Positions 5,862-14,703 are shown, numbered from the stretch's first letter. The stretch is DNA of 32,000 nt from Candidatus Electrothrix sp. GW3-4 (GCF_037902255.1 NZ_CP147990.1:4590001-4622000), one strand, 5' to 3'. Translations and numbers: made by a program. Notes: generated from the sequence alone by a model not told the origin.

Positions 5862-8549
5862 TTAGAAGCTGCCACCCATGGCGAAGTCCCACTGGGCATC
5901 TTCGTCGCCGTCCTGGGAGTCGAGGTTATATCCCCAGATCAGACGAAGCGGTCCCATGGGAGAAAGCCAGTTGATCCCGAGTCCAGTTGATTTCTTGATA
6001 TTGCCGAAATTCCAGTCATCATCCATGTCATAGACGTTGCCGAAATCCACAAAGGCAACCCCGCGAACGCCCGCATCAGCAAGGAGGGGGAAAAAGATTT
6101 CAACGTTACTAAACCACATCTTATCACCACCGTATTTTTCATCATTGCTTGGGTCGATGGGGCTGATAGAAGAGGACTTGAAACCACGAATGGAGTTCAT
6201 ACCACCGAGGTAGAAGTTATCATAGACTGGCAGCTTGCCGTCCTCGTTCTCAAAGGCCTGACCAGCAGCCAGCTTGGTGTGGAAGACCAGATCAAGGGGC
6301 AGGGGGAAAAACCAGCTGGTATAGCCCTCCAGTTTCGTGTAAGCGGCCTCACCGCCCAGCGGGCCACCGGCATATTTAATGCTCAGGCTGTGTTTGGAGC
6401 CGGAACTGGCGTTAAAGCGGCGGTCTCGGGTGTCACGGACAAAGGAGAGGCGAACCGCACTGGTGATGTTGAGCTTGGCTGATTCCAGGATGTAATCTGA
6501 GGCATCCTCTGAGATATCACTCAGCTCGGTGTCTGTCCAGGTGTAGCCGTAGTAGATGCGCCATTTTTCAAAAAACTGATGGCCAAAGCGCAGGCCCCCA
6601 CCGGTTGAACCCTTGGTGTAGTCGGTGTATTCCCGTTCCCAGTTAAAGGCGTCAATACCAGCAGAAACCCTGGAGTCAAAGAGGCGGGGATCGGTGTAAG
6701 AGAGGTTAAACTTATTACTCACTGCGCTGAGATTGGCAGCAAAGGCCAAGCGGGTTCCCAGGCCGAGAAAGTTATCCTCTGAGATCTCCCCCATGAACAT
6801 GAGCTTGTCTGATGAGGAGTAACCTGCCCCGATACTGAATTGGCCCGTCGGTTTTTCCTTGACCGCAACCATGACATCCATCTGGTCATTATTCATGGTC
6901 TCCTGAGGGATGACCGTGACGTCTTCAAAATATCCCAGACGCTGCAGGCGATTGGTGGACGTCCTGATCGCCTTGGAGTCATAGACACCACCTTCTTCCA
7001 CGGCCAGGTCGCGGCGAATAACATTATCTCTGGTCCGGGTGTTGCCCTGGATTTTAATCCTATTAAAGCTGACCAGGTCACCTTTCTCGATCGTAAAGGA
7101 GATATTGACCCGTTTGCCTGTTGCTGATTTGTTGACCTGAGGCCGGATATCGGCAAAGGCATAGCCATGTTCCGCATAGAGATCGGTAAGTTTCATCACA
7201 TCGTCGCGTAGGATCTTACGGTTGAGGAACTTCTCCTGCCGGATCTGCAACAAGCCGATCATTTTATCCCGGTCCTCAATCAGATCGCCTTCAATTTCCA
7301 CAGTCCCTACCTGATAGCGCGGGCCTTCCTGGATAGTAAAGGTGACATAGAGATCCTCTCCAGCCTCTTCTACTTCCGGCTCGCCGACCTTGGCCTCGAT
7401 AAATCCCTGATTATTATAAAAGGCCCCCAGCCGGGCCGCATCCTGCTCCAAAACATCCAGCTTCAAGGTCCCTGCCTCGGTGATCCAAGAGGAATACCAG
7501 TTCCAGGTTGCGGTCTGGATCTCGTCTTCCAGTTCCTCTGCAGTAAAGGATTCATTACCGACAAAGCGAATGCCGGAGATGGACATCTTGTCGCCCTCAT
7601 TGATAATGAAATTCACATCAACAGAGTTTTCATCGGGATGGTCCAAGGCAAATTTGCTCTGGGCTGCATAATAGCCCTTGCTTCTGTAGAGCCCGTTGAT
7701 CCGTTTGACCGCATCTTTGAGCCTGGCTGGATTGAGGATAGTGTTGACCTGGATATTGGCCGCATCCCGCACGTCCTCCTCCTGGACTTTATCCAGTCCG
7801 GTAAAGGTGACGGTTTTGATGAGGGGCTTTTCCTGGACCCGAAAGATGACCGCTTTTCCTTCTGCCGAGTCATTGACCTCAATCTCTACGTTGTCGAAAT
7901 AGCCCATGGAAAAGACCTGTTTCAGATCCTTACGCAGAGTGTCCGGGCTGTAGGTGTCTCCGGGTTTTGTGGATATCTTCCGGCGAATTGCCCCGGAATC
8001 AATGCGTTTATTGCCTTCAGGGGTGATCGCGGCGATAATGAGGTCACGATTGGTGTAGCTGAGGACATCCACTAAGGTCCCCTTGAGCACCGAATGGATC
8101 TCGGACAGCGAGGTCCCTTCCCGGTAGGAGGAATGCGGTGTTTCCGGCTTGAGGAGGTCAACAACCTGCATATCTACCGAGATATGCTCACCGAGCATGG
8201 TCAGGCTGCCAACCGCCACGTAATCCAGACCAGCTTTTTCTGCCACCTTGGTCAGGGCAGCAGTGGAGGGAGGCCATGGGCCGTTATAGTCCACCAATCC
8301 TTTTGCCTCAAGACGGGTGAGCATGACCAAGTCCTTATCGCGCAATGCCGCCTCAAGGGCGACATCGACCCGTTGGGCCACAGTTTCGCTGTCTTCCGCG
8401 TTGATTTTCAGAGGGAGGAAAACCGTGTTTTGTTCAATGGCCGAAGCTGTACTGGCGGCAAGGAAGATAAGCAACGGGAGCAACAAGGCAGCAAAAAGAC
8501 GTGGCATAACCGCTTGCACCGTGTGTTGAGCTTGAGATGAATAACGCAT
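5862..8549 (-). CDS. bamA: Outer membrane protein assembly factor BamA
   Basis: 895 aa. Has a signal peptide (MPRLFAALLLPLLIFLAASTASA), repeated POTRA-like modules (e.g. I..I.F.GN..F....L) and a C-terminal beta-barrel ending ...QWDFAMGGSF with a terminal aromatic residue. AGGA lies 7 nt upstream of the ATG at 8549. The alternative ATG at 8507 would start directly at the signal peptide. Confidence 0.9.
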   Translation of the reverse strand: MRYSSQAQHTVQAVMPRLFAALLLPLLIFLAASTASAIEQNTVFLPLKINAEDSETVAQRVDVALEAALRDKDLVMLTRLEAKGLVDYNGPWPPSTAALTKVAEKAGLDYVAVGSLTMLGEHISVDMQVVDLLKPETPHSSYREGTSLSEIHSVLKGTLVDVLSYTNRDLIIAAITPEGNKRIDSGAIRRKISTKPGDTYSPDTLRKDLKQVFSMGYFDNVEIEVNDSAEGKAVIFRVQEKPLIKTVTFTGLDKVQEEDVRDAANIQVNTILNPARLKDAVKRINGLYRSKGYYAAQSKFALDHPDENSVDVNFIINEGDKMSISGIRFVGNESFTAEELEDEIQTATWNWYSSWITEAGTLKLDVLEQDAARLGAFYNNQGFIEAKVGEPEVEEAGEDLYVTFTIQEGPRYQVGTVEIEGDLIEDRDKMIGLLQIRQEKFLNRKILRDDVMKLTDLYAEHGYAFADIRPQVNKSATGKRVNISFTIEKGDLVSFNRIKIQGNTRTRDNVIRRDLAVEEGGVYDSKAIRTSTNRLQRLGYFEDVTVIPQETMNNDQMDVMVAVKEKPTGQFSIGAGYSSSDKLMFMGEISEDNFLGLGTRLAFAANLSAVSNKFNLSYTDPRLFDSRVSAGIDAFNWEREYTDYTKGSTGGGLRFGHQFFEKWRIYYGYTWTDTELSDISEDASDYILESAKLNITSAVRLSFVRDTRDRRFNASSGSKHSLSIKYAGGPLGGEAAYTKLEGYTSWFFPLPLDLVFHTKLAAGQAFENEDGKLPVYDNFYLGGMNSIRGFKSSSISPIDPSNDEKYGGDKMWFSNVEIFFPLLADAGVRGVAFVDFGNVYDMDDDWNFGNIKKSTGLGINWLSPMGPLRLIWGYNLDSQDGDEDAQWDFAMGGSF

Positions 8550-8771
8550 AGGACGTTCCTGTGTATCTGAAAAGAGTATGCTGAATAAATTTTCCGGCCC
8601 TCAAGGATCAGAGACCAGAGGACGGAATATAAAAAGTAAAGCGATCTATACAATCTATCCTTATGGAACCGCAAGAAAAGGAAGCGGAACGCAACGGATA
8701 AAAAGAATCCAGGAGAGATGACATTATGCCATGTTCCTCTTTTTTTGCAAAGAAATAGTCGATTCTGCCTG

Positions 8772-9551
8772 CTATCCTTCGGCTTCAGCAGAAACGATAG
8801 GGCTGTTCTGCGATTCCGGCAGGGGACGATGGCATTCATCCAGGAGCTCAGCTACCTTCTGATGCAGGAGCTCGGCCAGCATCTGTTTATCCTTGGCCTT
8901 GAACTCCTTGGTCGGTATGGGCGTGCCGATGCGCAGCACGACATCTCCTCCCCGCGACAATAATTTTCCCTTAGGTATTGCCTGATGGGTGCCGTTGAAG
9001 CCCACCGGGACAACATCGACCCCGGCCTTGAGTGCCAGCATAATGGCCCCGGTTTTAAAGGGTTGGAGGCGACCGTCTGCACTACGGGTCCCTTCGGGAA
9101 AAAGGATAACCGAGGCCCCACTGGCAATGCGTTTTGCCGCATCGTTCAGGCTTTTAACCGCTTCTCTGCCGCGAGAGCGATCAATGGAGATGAAATCCAC
9201 CGCCCGCATACCAGGACCGAAGATCGGGATGGCAAAGAGCTCTTTTTTGGCGATCCAACGGTAATCATGTTCGATGTAGCCGGAAAAGCTCATGATATCT
9301 GCCATGCTCGCGTGGTTGCCGATAAAGATATAGGGCTTGGCAGGATCAAGATGTTCCTTTCCCTGAACCCGAACGGTGATGTTGGCGATGTGACAGAGGA
9401 CTTTTCCCCAGGTTCTGGGGAAGATCTGTGCTTTTTCCTTTGATTTGCGAAACCAATGAACATCTGCAATGGCACCAAGACAGACCGCAGCTGTCAGAGG
9501 TGGAATGGTGAGGTAGGCGAGGATACCTCGAATTAATTGGATAAGAGACAT
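8772..9551 (-). CDS. plsC: 1-acyl-sn-glycerol-3-phosphate (lysophospholipid) acyltransferase, PlsC family
   Basis: 259 aa. Has an N-terminal TM segment, the HX4D motif (GNHASMADI) and the FPEGTRS motif. Confidence 0.8.
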   Translation of the reverse strand: MSLIQLIRGILAYLTIPPLTAAVCLGAIADVHWFRKSKEKAQIFPRTWGKVLCHIANITVRVQGKEHLDPAKPYIFIGNHASMADIMSFSGYIEHDYRWIAKKELFAIPIFGPGMRAVDFISIDRSRGREAVKSLNDAAKRIASGASVILFPEGTRSADGRLQPFKTGAIMLALKAGVDVVPVGFNGTHQAIPKGKLLSRGGDVVLRIGTPIPTKEFKAKDKQMLAELLHQKVAELLDECHRPLPESQNSPIVSAEAEG

Positions 9552-9569
9552 AATATCTTTAATACCTTC

Positions 9570-10712
9570 TTAGGCGATAACAGATTCGTTGGCTGTTTTT
9601 AAAGCTTCTTTGAGTTTTTCTTCTGCCTGGGCAAGCTTCTGGATACCTTCAGCCCGCTTTTGCTTATTTTGAGCATCCATCTTTATGCCCTGATCAATGG
9701 TTTGCACCAGTTTGTCGGTCATTTTTTGCAGGGTCTCGACCTTAACATAGCCTTCCCCCTGGGCCTTTTTTACCGTGGCCTGGGTCTCACCGAGCATCTC
9801 GGCCGTGGAAAGCATGAGGTTATTGGTCATATCTCTGGTCTCATTGACCATGGTCATAGCTCTTTTTTGATCGAACAGGGAGATGGCAATAACCAGCTGT
9901 TTTTTCCACTCTGGGATCATCATCAGGATGGATTCCTGAATCATTTCCACAATGGCCTTGGAGCCTTCCTGGGCCACGCGAATGGTAGGGCCGGAGGTTA
10001 TTGCCGAGGCCCGGGCCAGCTTGAGGTTATACAGTCGGCGGTCTAACGACTGGATGGCATCGCCGAAGTCTTTGAGGTCCTGTAACTCCTTGGCATCCAC
10101 CGTTGCCTGAGAGGCAAGGAGTTGGCGCTGTTGTTCAAACTGCTCTTCCATTGCGACCATTTTCAGTTCACCGGCAGCAATGGTCACCTCTAAGGCATCG
10201 AAATACTCTTCGTTTCTTTCATATAAGGTGTCCAGGCGATTCAGATGTTCTATCTGATTGGTCTTCTCTGCCTCAAGCTTTCGGGTGATATCGTCGATCT
10301 GGACCTTGAGGACCTCATAACGACGGATAAAGGCGCGGGCAGCATCCACCTTTGCAGAGAGCCAACCGCCTATGACCGGAATACTGGCGGCGATGACACT
10401 CAGTTTTCCGCCTGTACTCTTGGGCAGGCCCCGTACATCAAGATCCAGGATCTTTCCCTTTAGCTTGGCCATGAGCTGACCAGCTGGCCCGGCATCACCG
10501 GATCTGATATTGGTCAGGACCGAATCTGTGAAGTCCACCAACCCCTTCTGACTGCGCACCCCAAAGGCCAGCACAGATTGGCTTCGGCTGAAATCAAGGG
10601 TTGGCGCCAGATCTCTGGCTGCCTGCATTTTTTCCGGGGATTTTTCCGCAAGTTTGGTATACAGCAAATCGTTTTTCTGATCCGATAGGACCAGAACCGG
10701 TAACTTGTCCAT
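9570..10712 (-). CDS. TelA/YaaN-family toxic anion resistance protein
   Basis: 380 aa, all helical. The N-terminal ...LDFSRSQSVLAFGVRSQKGLVDFTDSVL... and the overall length and composition match the TelA/KlaA/YaaN family as I know it. It is paired with an XpaC-like gene, as in Bacillus xpaC-yaaN. Confidence 0.75.
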   Translation of the reverse strand: MDKLPVLVLSDQKNDLLYTKLAEKSPEKMQAARDLAPTLDFSRSQSVLAFGVRSQKGLVDFTDSVLTNIRSGDAGPAGQLMAKLKGKILDLDVRGLPKSTGGKLSVIAASIPVIGGWLSAKVDAARAFIRRYEVLKVQIDDITRKLEAEKTNQIEHLNRLDTLYERNEEYFDALEVTIAAGELKMVAMEEQFEQQRQLLASQATVDAKELQDLKDFGDAIQSLDRRLYNLKLARASAITSGPTIRVAQEGSKAIVEMIQESILMMIPEWKKQLVIAISLFDQKRAMTMVNETRDMTNNLMLSTAEMLGETQATVKKAQGEGYVKVETLQKMTDKLVQTIDQGIKMDAQNKQKRAEGIQKLAQAEEKLKEALKTANESVIA

Positions 10713-10735
10713 TTTCTCCTCTTTCTTTTGCTCCT

Positions 10736-11389
10736 TCAGTCAAAGTCGAGCAGATTGTCCAGGGTCCTGGCACTCGTGCTTAGGTCAATGGCGTCGTTTT
10801 CCAGCAGGCGGTGATGGAGTTGCTCAAATGTGGCCACAGCCTTCGTCACGGCTTTTTCCGTGTCCTGGATAGCGCGCAGGGTTTGAGGGGATTGATTTCT
10901 CTGATTGGCTAGGTCAAGATAGCCCGCTAGTATTTCATGAAGGCGTTGTAAGCGATCAGGTAGTTCCCGTGCTGCTTGCACGTCCTGGGGATCTTTTTCA
11001 AAATTGACCAATAATTCATCACCGAGCACACAGAGATGGAGCACGGTGTGCCGGAAAGACAGTTTGTTAATCAATTCCGCATCCTTTTTCAGGAGGGTAA
11101 GGCTCTCCGAGCAGGCAATAAGAAAGACAGTGAAGTCCTCTCTGGAAAGCCCTGCTGGTAATTGGATCGAGATCTTCCGAAAAAAAAGCGAACGGAAGAC
11201 AAGGCGTATGCCGAAATAGCTGACCAAGGAAAAAATCAAAGCAAACCAGAAGTCGTTTTCGCCCGGTAGAATGATCCAGAGCAGAGTGAAAATAAAGGCT
11301 GCACCCAAACCAGATACCATCTCTCTGATAATGGAGTACATACAACCCAGAGCCTTTGATCTTTTCGTTGGTATTCGTACGGTGCTCAA
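10736..11389 (-). CDS. XpaC-like (5-bromo-4-chloroindolyl phosphate hydrolysis family) membrane protein
   Basis: 217 aa from the TTG at 11389; the ATG at 11341 (MYSIIREMV...) is an alternative start. It has two N-terminal TM helices followed by a helical cytoplasmic domain. It sits immediately upstream of the TelA-family gene with a 23-nt gap, which is the conserved pairing. Confidence 0.55.
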   Translation of the reverse strand: MSTVRIPTKRSKALGCMYSIIREMVSGLGAAFIFTLLWIILPGENDFWFALIFSLVSYFGIRLVFRSLFFRKISIQLPAGLSREDFTVFLIACSESLTLLKKDAELINKLSFRHTVLHLCVLGDELLVNFEKDPQDVQAARELPDRLQRLHEILAGYLDLANQRNQSPQTLRAIQDTEKAVTKAVATFEQLHHRLLENDAIDLSTSARTLDNLLDFD

Positions 11390-11410
11390 TGCTTAATTCT
11401 ACCTTTAACT

Positions 11411-11430
11411 TTGATGGTCCAGCAAAAAGT
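11411..11430. repeat. IS terminal inverted repeat (left)
   Basis: TTGATGGTCCAGCAAAAAGT matches the reverse complement of 13286..13305 at 16/20 positions. Confidence 0.7.
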
Positions 11431-11455
11431 CAGTCAGCAAATTGGGTCTAAAATT

Positions 11456-13171
11456 TCAAAAAGTTGGTGATGTGACTTTGGCGATTTTGATTTTGTCCAA
11501 AAAATTGTGAAAATGCTCTTTGACAATCAAAATCAGGCCAATCAAGCCTCCGAAGGAGGGTGAAGAGGGATTTTTTCCCTTATTTCTCCGTTTTTTGTAC
11601 GCAGCTGCCCGTATAATATTGAGTGCTGTTGCTTTCATGGTCGCTGCGAAACGAACCGCTTTCATTCCCCGCACCCGAAGATGCTTGATCCCCGTGCGGC
11701 GATCAAGCTGCGACATGGTCGCCTCGACCCCGGCCCGGAACCGATACTTTTCTTTGAATTCATCGGTTCGTTCGTATGCCCTTCTTTGCGCGAGGCGGAC
11801 ATTTTTTTCATTGTATCGGAGATAGCTGAGGTCTTTTTTGCCGGGTTTGACAGGGCAATGGTTGACTCTTGGGCAGGCATCACACCTTTCCGATGAAAAG
11901 GCTATGGTGAACCTGTCTTTTTTCCTGGATTTTTTGACAGGTCGGCATTGTTCAGGACACGAGATGACAAAACCGTTTTCAGAAAACTCAAAATCGGTCA
12001 GAGTGCAGAAGAGACCTTTTTGGCGATCCAGCGTGGGGGCGATCAGATCAACGCCTTTTTGTTTTGCCGCCTCGTGATTGTCATCGCTTCCGTAGAGCGT
12101 ATCAGCTGATATTTCTTCCGGTTTTACGCCACGTTGTTCTGCGGCCTCAAGATACGGTATCAGGGCATCGGCATCACTTTCATGGGCAGCCTGCACATCA
12201 ACATAGGTAATCAGGGAAAGAATTTCAGCATCTTCCTCTGTGCTGTATGTTTCTGCGATTTGCACCTGATATCCCTTGCCTTTATGACCGCTGTATCCGG
12301 CATCGGGATCAGAGGGATTCTGAAGGGAGTCGGAGGGGATATCCTTATTCGGCTTCAGAGTAACACGCAGTTCATCAGTATTTCCGCCCTGCTCTGTGAT
12401 GCATTGTTCTTTCAGAATACGCGTCATGAGCTGATACGAGTCCATAGACGGGATGCTGTGATGAGAGGCGAACTTGTTGATAAAAAAGAAAAGATCGTCA
12501 GCAACCATTTGCAGGGTTTTGGTCGATTCGGATGGTTTGACCATAGAGAAGGCATTTGCCTCTTCTTTTTTCAGGTAGCGATCTCGCAAATCCGGGTCAA
12601 GGGCTTTGAACTCGTTTTTGTGCTGCCGTTTGAGATTGGTCAGGAATTTTTTGATGGTGCCAGTGAAGATCCCGACACGACCGAGGTGCTTCATGTTGGA
12701 AAATATATGAACAGAATCTATACGTTGCAGAGAAGGATCAGCATCGAACGTTTTCATAAGCTCGTCGCCTACAGCCTTGAAGATATCGTCATACAGTCCA
12801 TATTCCGTCATGATAGAGCGCATGGTCCAGATACTTCTTGGACAGACATAGGCTGCTTTATCTGAGTTGCTTGTGATATCAAGGGCATAATGCCATTGTA
12901 TGTTAAAGGCAAACTGCTCGGCTGTTTCTTCGTCTGTCAGATCATGCATATGCTGCAACAACATTGCCCCCATCATGGCAACGAGTTCATTGGTTGGTCG
13001 CCCCATGCCCGTACTGAAATACCGGGTAAGGAGATCAACCGGAAGAATATGACGGACATGATCCCGAAAAATCCCGGCCCATGACTCGTCCAGCATTTTT
13101 CGACGTTTTGGCCCGAGATAATCAAACGGGTCGAACATGTTGATGGTTTTGTGATCTTTGACGTTTAGCAT
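11456..13171 (-). CDS. DDE transposase, IS1182/IS5-superfamily-like
   Basis: 571 aa. It has an N-terminal DUF772-like region (GRPTNELVAMMGAMLLQHMHDLTDEETAEQFAFNIQWHYAL) and candidate DDE residues (IDSVHIFSN; ADTLYGSDDN; RAGVEATMSQL). A Cys-rich insert (CPEQC...CDACPRVNHCP) and the C-terminal ...LRVRGMKAVRFAATMKATALNIIR are typical of IS1182/IS5 transposases. Confidence 0.85.
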   Translation of the reverse strand: MLNVKDHKTINMFDPFDYLGPKRRKMLDESWAGIFRDHVRHILPVDLLTRYFSTGMGRPTNELVAMMGAMLLQHMHDLTDEETAEQFAFNIQWHYALDITSNSDKAAYVCPRSIWTMRSIMTEYGLYDDIFKAVGDELMKTFDADPSLQRIDSVHIFSNMKHLGRVGIFTGTIKKFLTNLKRQHKNEFKALDPDLRDRYLKKEEANAFSMVKPSESTKTLQMVADDLFFFINKFASHHSIPSMDSYQLMTRILKEQCITEQGGNTDELRVTLKPNKDIPSDSLQNPSDPDAGYSGHKGKGYQVQIAETYSTEEDAEILSLITYVDVQAAHESDADALIPYLEAAEQRGVKPEEISADTLYGSDDNHEAAKQKGVDLIAPTLDRQKGLFCTLTDFEFSENGFVISCPEQCRPVKKSRKKDRFTIAFSSERCDACPRVNHCPVKPGKKDLSYLRYNEKNVRLAQRRAYERTDEFKEKYRFRAGVEATMSQLDRRTGIKHLRVRGMKAVRFAATMKATALNIIRAAAYKKRRNKGKNPSSPSFGGLIGLILIVKEHFHNFLDKIKIAKVTSPTF

Positions 13172-13285
13172 AGCTCTCTTGCGTATATATCTGTAATGTT
13201 GACATAGTGTATATCATAACAGCTAGTCTGTAGCAAGAAGAAAATCAATTATATTTAAATAATTTCAGTTGATTATGCAAAAACA

Positions 13286-13305
13286 ACTTTTTGCGAATCC
13301 ATCAA
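13286..13305. repeat. IS terminal inverted repeat (right)
   Basis: ACTTTTTGCGAATCCATCAA; its reverse complement pairs with 11411..11430. Confidence 0.7.
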
Positions 13306-13728
13306 CTTTCCTGATCCGTTCTTTTTTGGGGTGGCCTTATGCGATTGCGGTTTGTTTCGATTACATCCCTGGGTAAAAGGGGAATCGTTTTGCTGAGCTG
13401 CTTCATTCTCGTTCTCCAGGGAGGGAGGCTGATGGGGTGAAGAAACAACGAAAAAATAGATTGGTTCTGGTCCCTGATAACAGGAAGTGCTATATTACAA
13501 GAAGTATATATTGATACGTTCGGATGTCAAGCAATTCGTCGAGTTACCCCGGAGTGAGAACGTCGTCATTCTCTTTTTTTCGGAGAAAAAAGAGGTTCGC
13601 TTGGTATGCATCCGTGATATGGGAAAGAGGAACGTTCCGCAGGGGCACCTTTTACTTTGCAGGGTGATAGCGCATTTTCATCTTGATTTTTTCGATCTTA
13701 ATGTGTTTCATTCTGTTAATAGAATGAA

Positions 13729-13757
13729 TTGACTCTTGTATATCTTAGAATCAGAAT
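13729..13757 (+). promoter_or_regulatory. Candidate sigma70 promoter of the acidic zinc-ribbon protein gene
   Basis: TTGACT (13729..13734) - N17 - CAGAAT (13752..13757), 18 nt upstream of the ATG at 13775. Confidence 0.35.
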
Positions 13758-13774
13758 AACTGTAGGCAAAGATT

Positions 13775-14686
13775 ATGCGCTGTAAATGTGATTACATCAC
13801 TTTTGATCAACTGGAGATATGTCCCAAGTGTAAAAAGGATATATCAAAAATTTCCAAGGCGTTGTCAGGTGTTACATTCAAGGCGCAGATTCCTGATTTT
13901 CTACTGTTAGATGGTGATGAGTCGGAGCCAGACGTAAACGAAGTAGAAACGGACCTGGATGCTTATGACGAAGAGGTTGAAGCGGAAGCTCCATTTGCTG
14001 ACGATATAGATCTGGAAGAGGATGACGAAGAAATTGATTTTTCCTCTGATCATGAAGAAGATGATGCAGAGGAGGGGATTGAGTTTGATCTTTCTCATGA
14101 TGATTCGGAGGAAGCTGCTGATGCTGGTATAGAACTGGCCGTAGATGACGACAGTGGCGATGATGATGGCGGTCTTGACCTTTCGCTTGATGGTGACGAG
14201 GATGATGATGGCGGTCTTGACCTTTCGCTTGATGGTGACGAGGATGATGATGGCGGTCTTGACCTTTCGCTTGATGGTGACGAGGATGATGATGGCGGTC
14301 TTGACCTTTCGCTTGATGGTGACGGTGATGACGGTGCTCTCGACCTTGCTCTTGATAACGGCAGCGATGATCTTGACCTCTCGCTTGATATGGAGAGTGG
14401 CAACAGGAAAGGGGTAGGAGATTTATCAGGCCTGGATGGGTTGGATATTCCAGATCTTTCTTCTTCTGGAGGTGGAGAGGGTGATCTGACCCTTGAAAGT
14501 GATCCTGGCTCCAGTGCTTTGGATGATGACTTGCCGGATTTGGAGATGAGCGGGCTTGACACTCAAGAGTTTGTCCCGCCACCGGATGGAATGGAAGCAA
14601 AGAAGAAGCTCTCTCCAGGCGCGAAGACAGGGACTGCTCTTGATGATTTTGATATCGATTTAGGAGATCTTGGCGACCTTGGTTAA
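13775..14686 (+). CDS. Hyper-acidic repeat protein with an N-terminal zinc-ribbon (architecture reminiscent of the uncharacterised FYDLN_acid-type proteins)
   Basis: 303 aa. The N-terminus MRCKCDYITFDQLEICPKCKKD has CxC-x12-CxxC. The remainder is dominated by D/E/G/L, with four tandem GGLDLSLDGDEDDD units plus degenerate L(D/A)L(S/A)LD copies. The codon-level repeat is in frame. Confidence 0.7.
   Translation: MRCKCDYITFDQLEICPKCKKDISKISKALSGVTFKAQIPDFLLLDGDESEPDVNEVETDLDAYDEEVEAEAPFADDIDLEEDDEEIDFSSDHEEDDAEEGIEFDLSHDDSEEAADAGIELAVDDDSGDDDGGLDLSLDGDEDDDGGLDLSLDGDEDDDGGLDLSLDGDEDDDGGLDLSLDGDGDDGALDLALDNGSDDLDLSLDMESGNRKGVGDLSGLDGLDIPDLSSSGGGEGDLTLESDPGSSALDDDLPDLEMSGLDTQEFVPPPDGMEAKKKLSPGAKTGTALDDFDIDLGDLGDLG
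14168..14335 (+). repeat. 42-bp tandem repeat, 4 copies (3 perfect and 1 diverged in its last 12 nt), inside the CDS
   Basis: The unit is GGCGGTCTTGACCTTTCGCTTGATGGTGACGAGGATGATGAT. Copies at 14168, 14210 and 14252 are identical. The copy at 14294 is identical for 30 nt and then diverges. Degenerate relatives continue to about 14390. Confidence 0.95.
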
Positions 14687-14703
14687 AAAGAATAAAAAGT
14701 TGT

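Larger units (their letters stand above)
11411..13305 (-). mobile_element. Insertion sequence (~1895 bp), IS1182/IS5-like, apparently intact
   Basis: A single 571-aa DDE transposase ORF is flanked by imperfect terminal inverted repeats: TTGATGGTCCAGCAAAAAGT at 11411..11430, and TTGATGGATTCGCAAAAAGT as the reverse complement of 13286..13305 (16/20 identical). I could not see a clear target-site duplication. Confidence 0.7.

Noticed and set aside
8715-8750. TTGCAA-N16-CATAAT (minus strand) as the bamA promoter
   Set aside because: It is plausible by sequence, but it would imply a ~170-nt leader and bamA may be co-transcribed with the upstream acyltransferase gene. The evidence is too weak to list it as a feature.
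12134-12865. 243-aa plus-strand ORF inside the IS
   Set aside because: It is antisense to the intact 571-aa transposase and its sequence is low-complexity or junk-like.
11390-13320. Target-site duplication flanking the IS
   Set aside because: The flanks (…ACCTTTAACT | IS | CTTTCCTGAT…) share only short, ambiguous strings (CTTT). I cannot support a target-site duplication call without other copies of the element.
13306-13407. 34-aa minus-strand mini-ORF (MKQLSKTIPLLPRDV...) with a GGAG SD that reads into the right IS terminus, considered as a gene truncated by the IS
   Set aside because: On the far side of the IS, the frame leading into the XpaC-like ORF contains three stops (TAA, TAG, TAA). 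It therefore cannot be the displaced N-terminus of that gene. It is too short and featureless to call.
13487-13732. 81-aa plus-strand ORF upstream of the acidic-protein gene
   Set aside because: It has no SD and no motif, its composition looks like translated AT-rich intergenic DNA, and it overlaps the promoter candidate of the downstream gene.
14168-14390. Regularly spaced repeats considered as a possible CRISPR array
   Set aside because: The units are directly adjacent with no unique spacers. The 42-bp period is in frame within a CDS, and there are no cas genes in the window.
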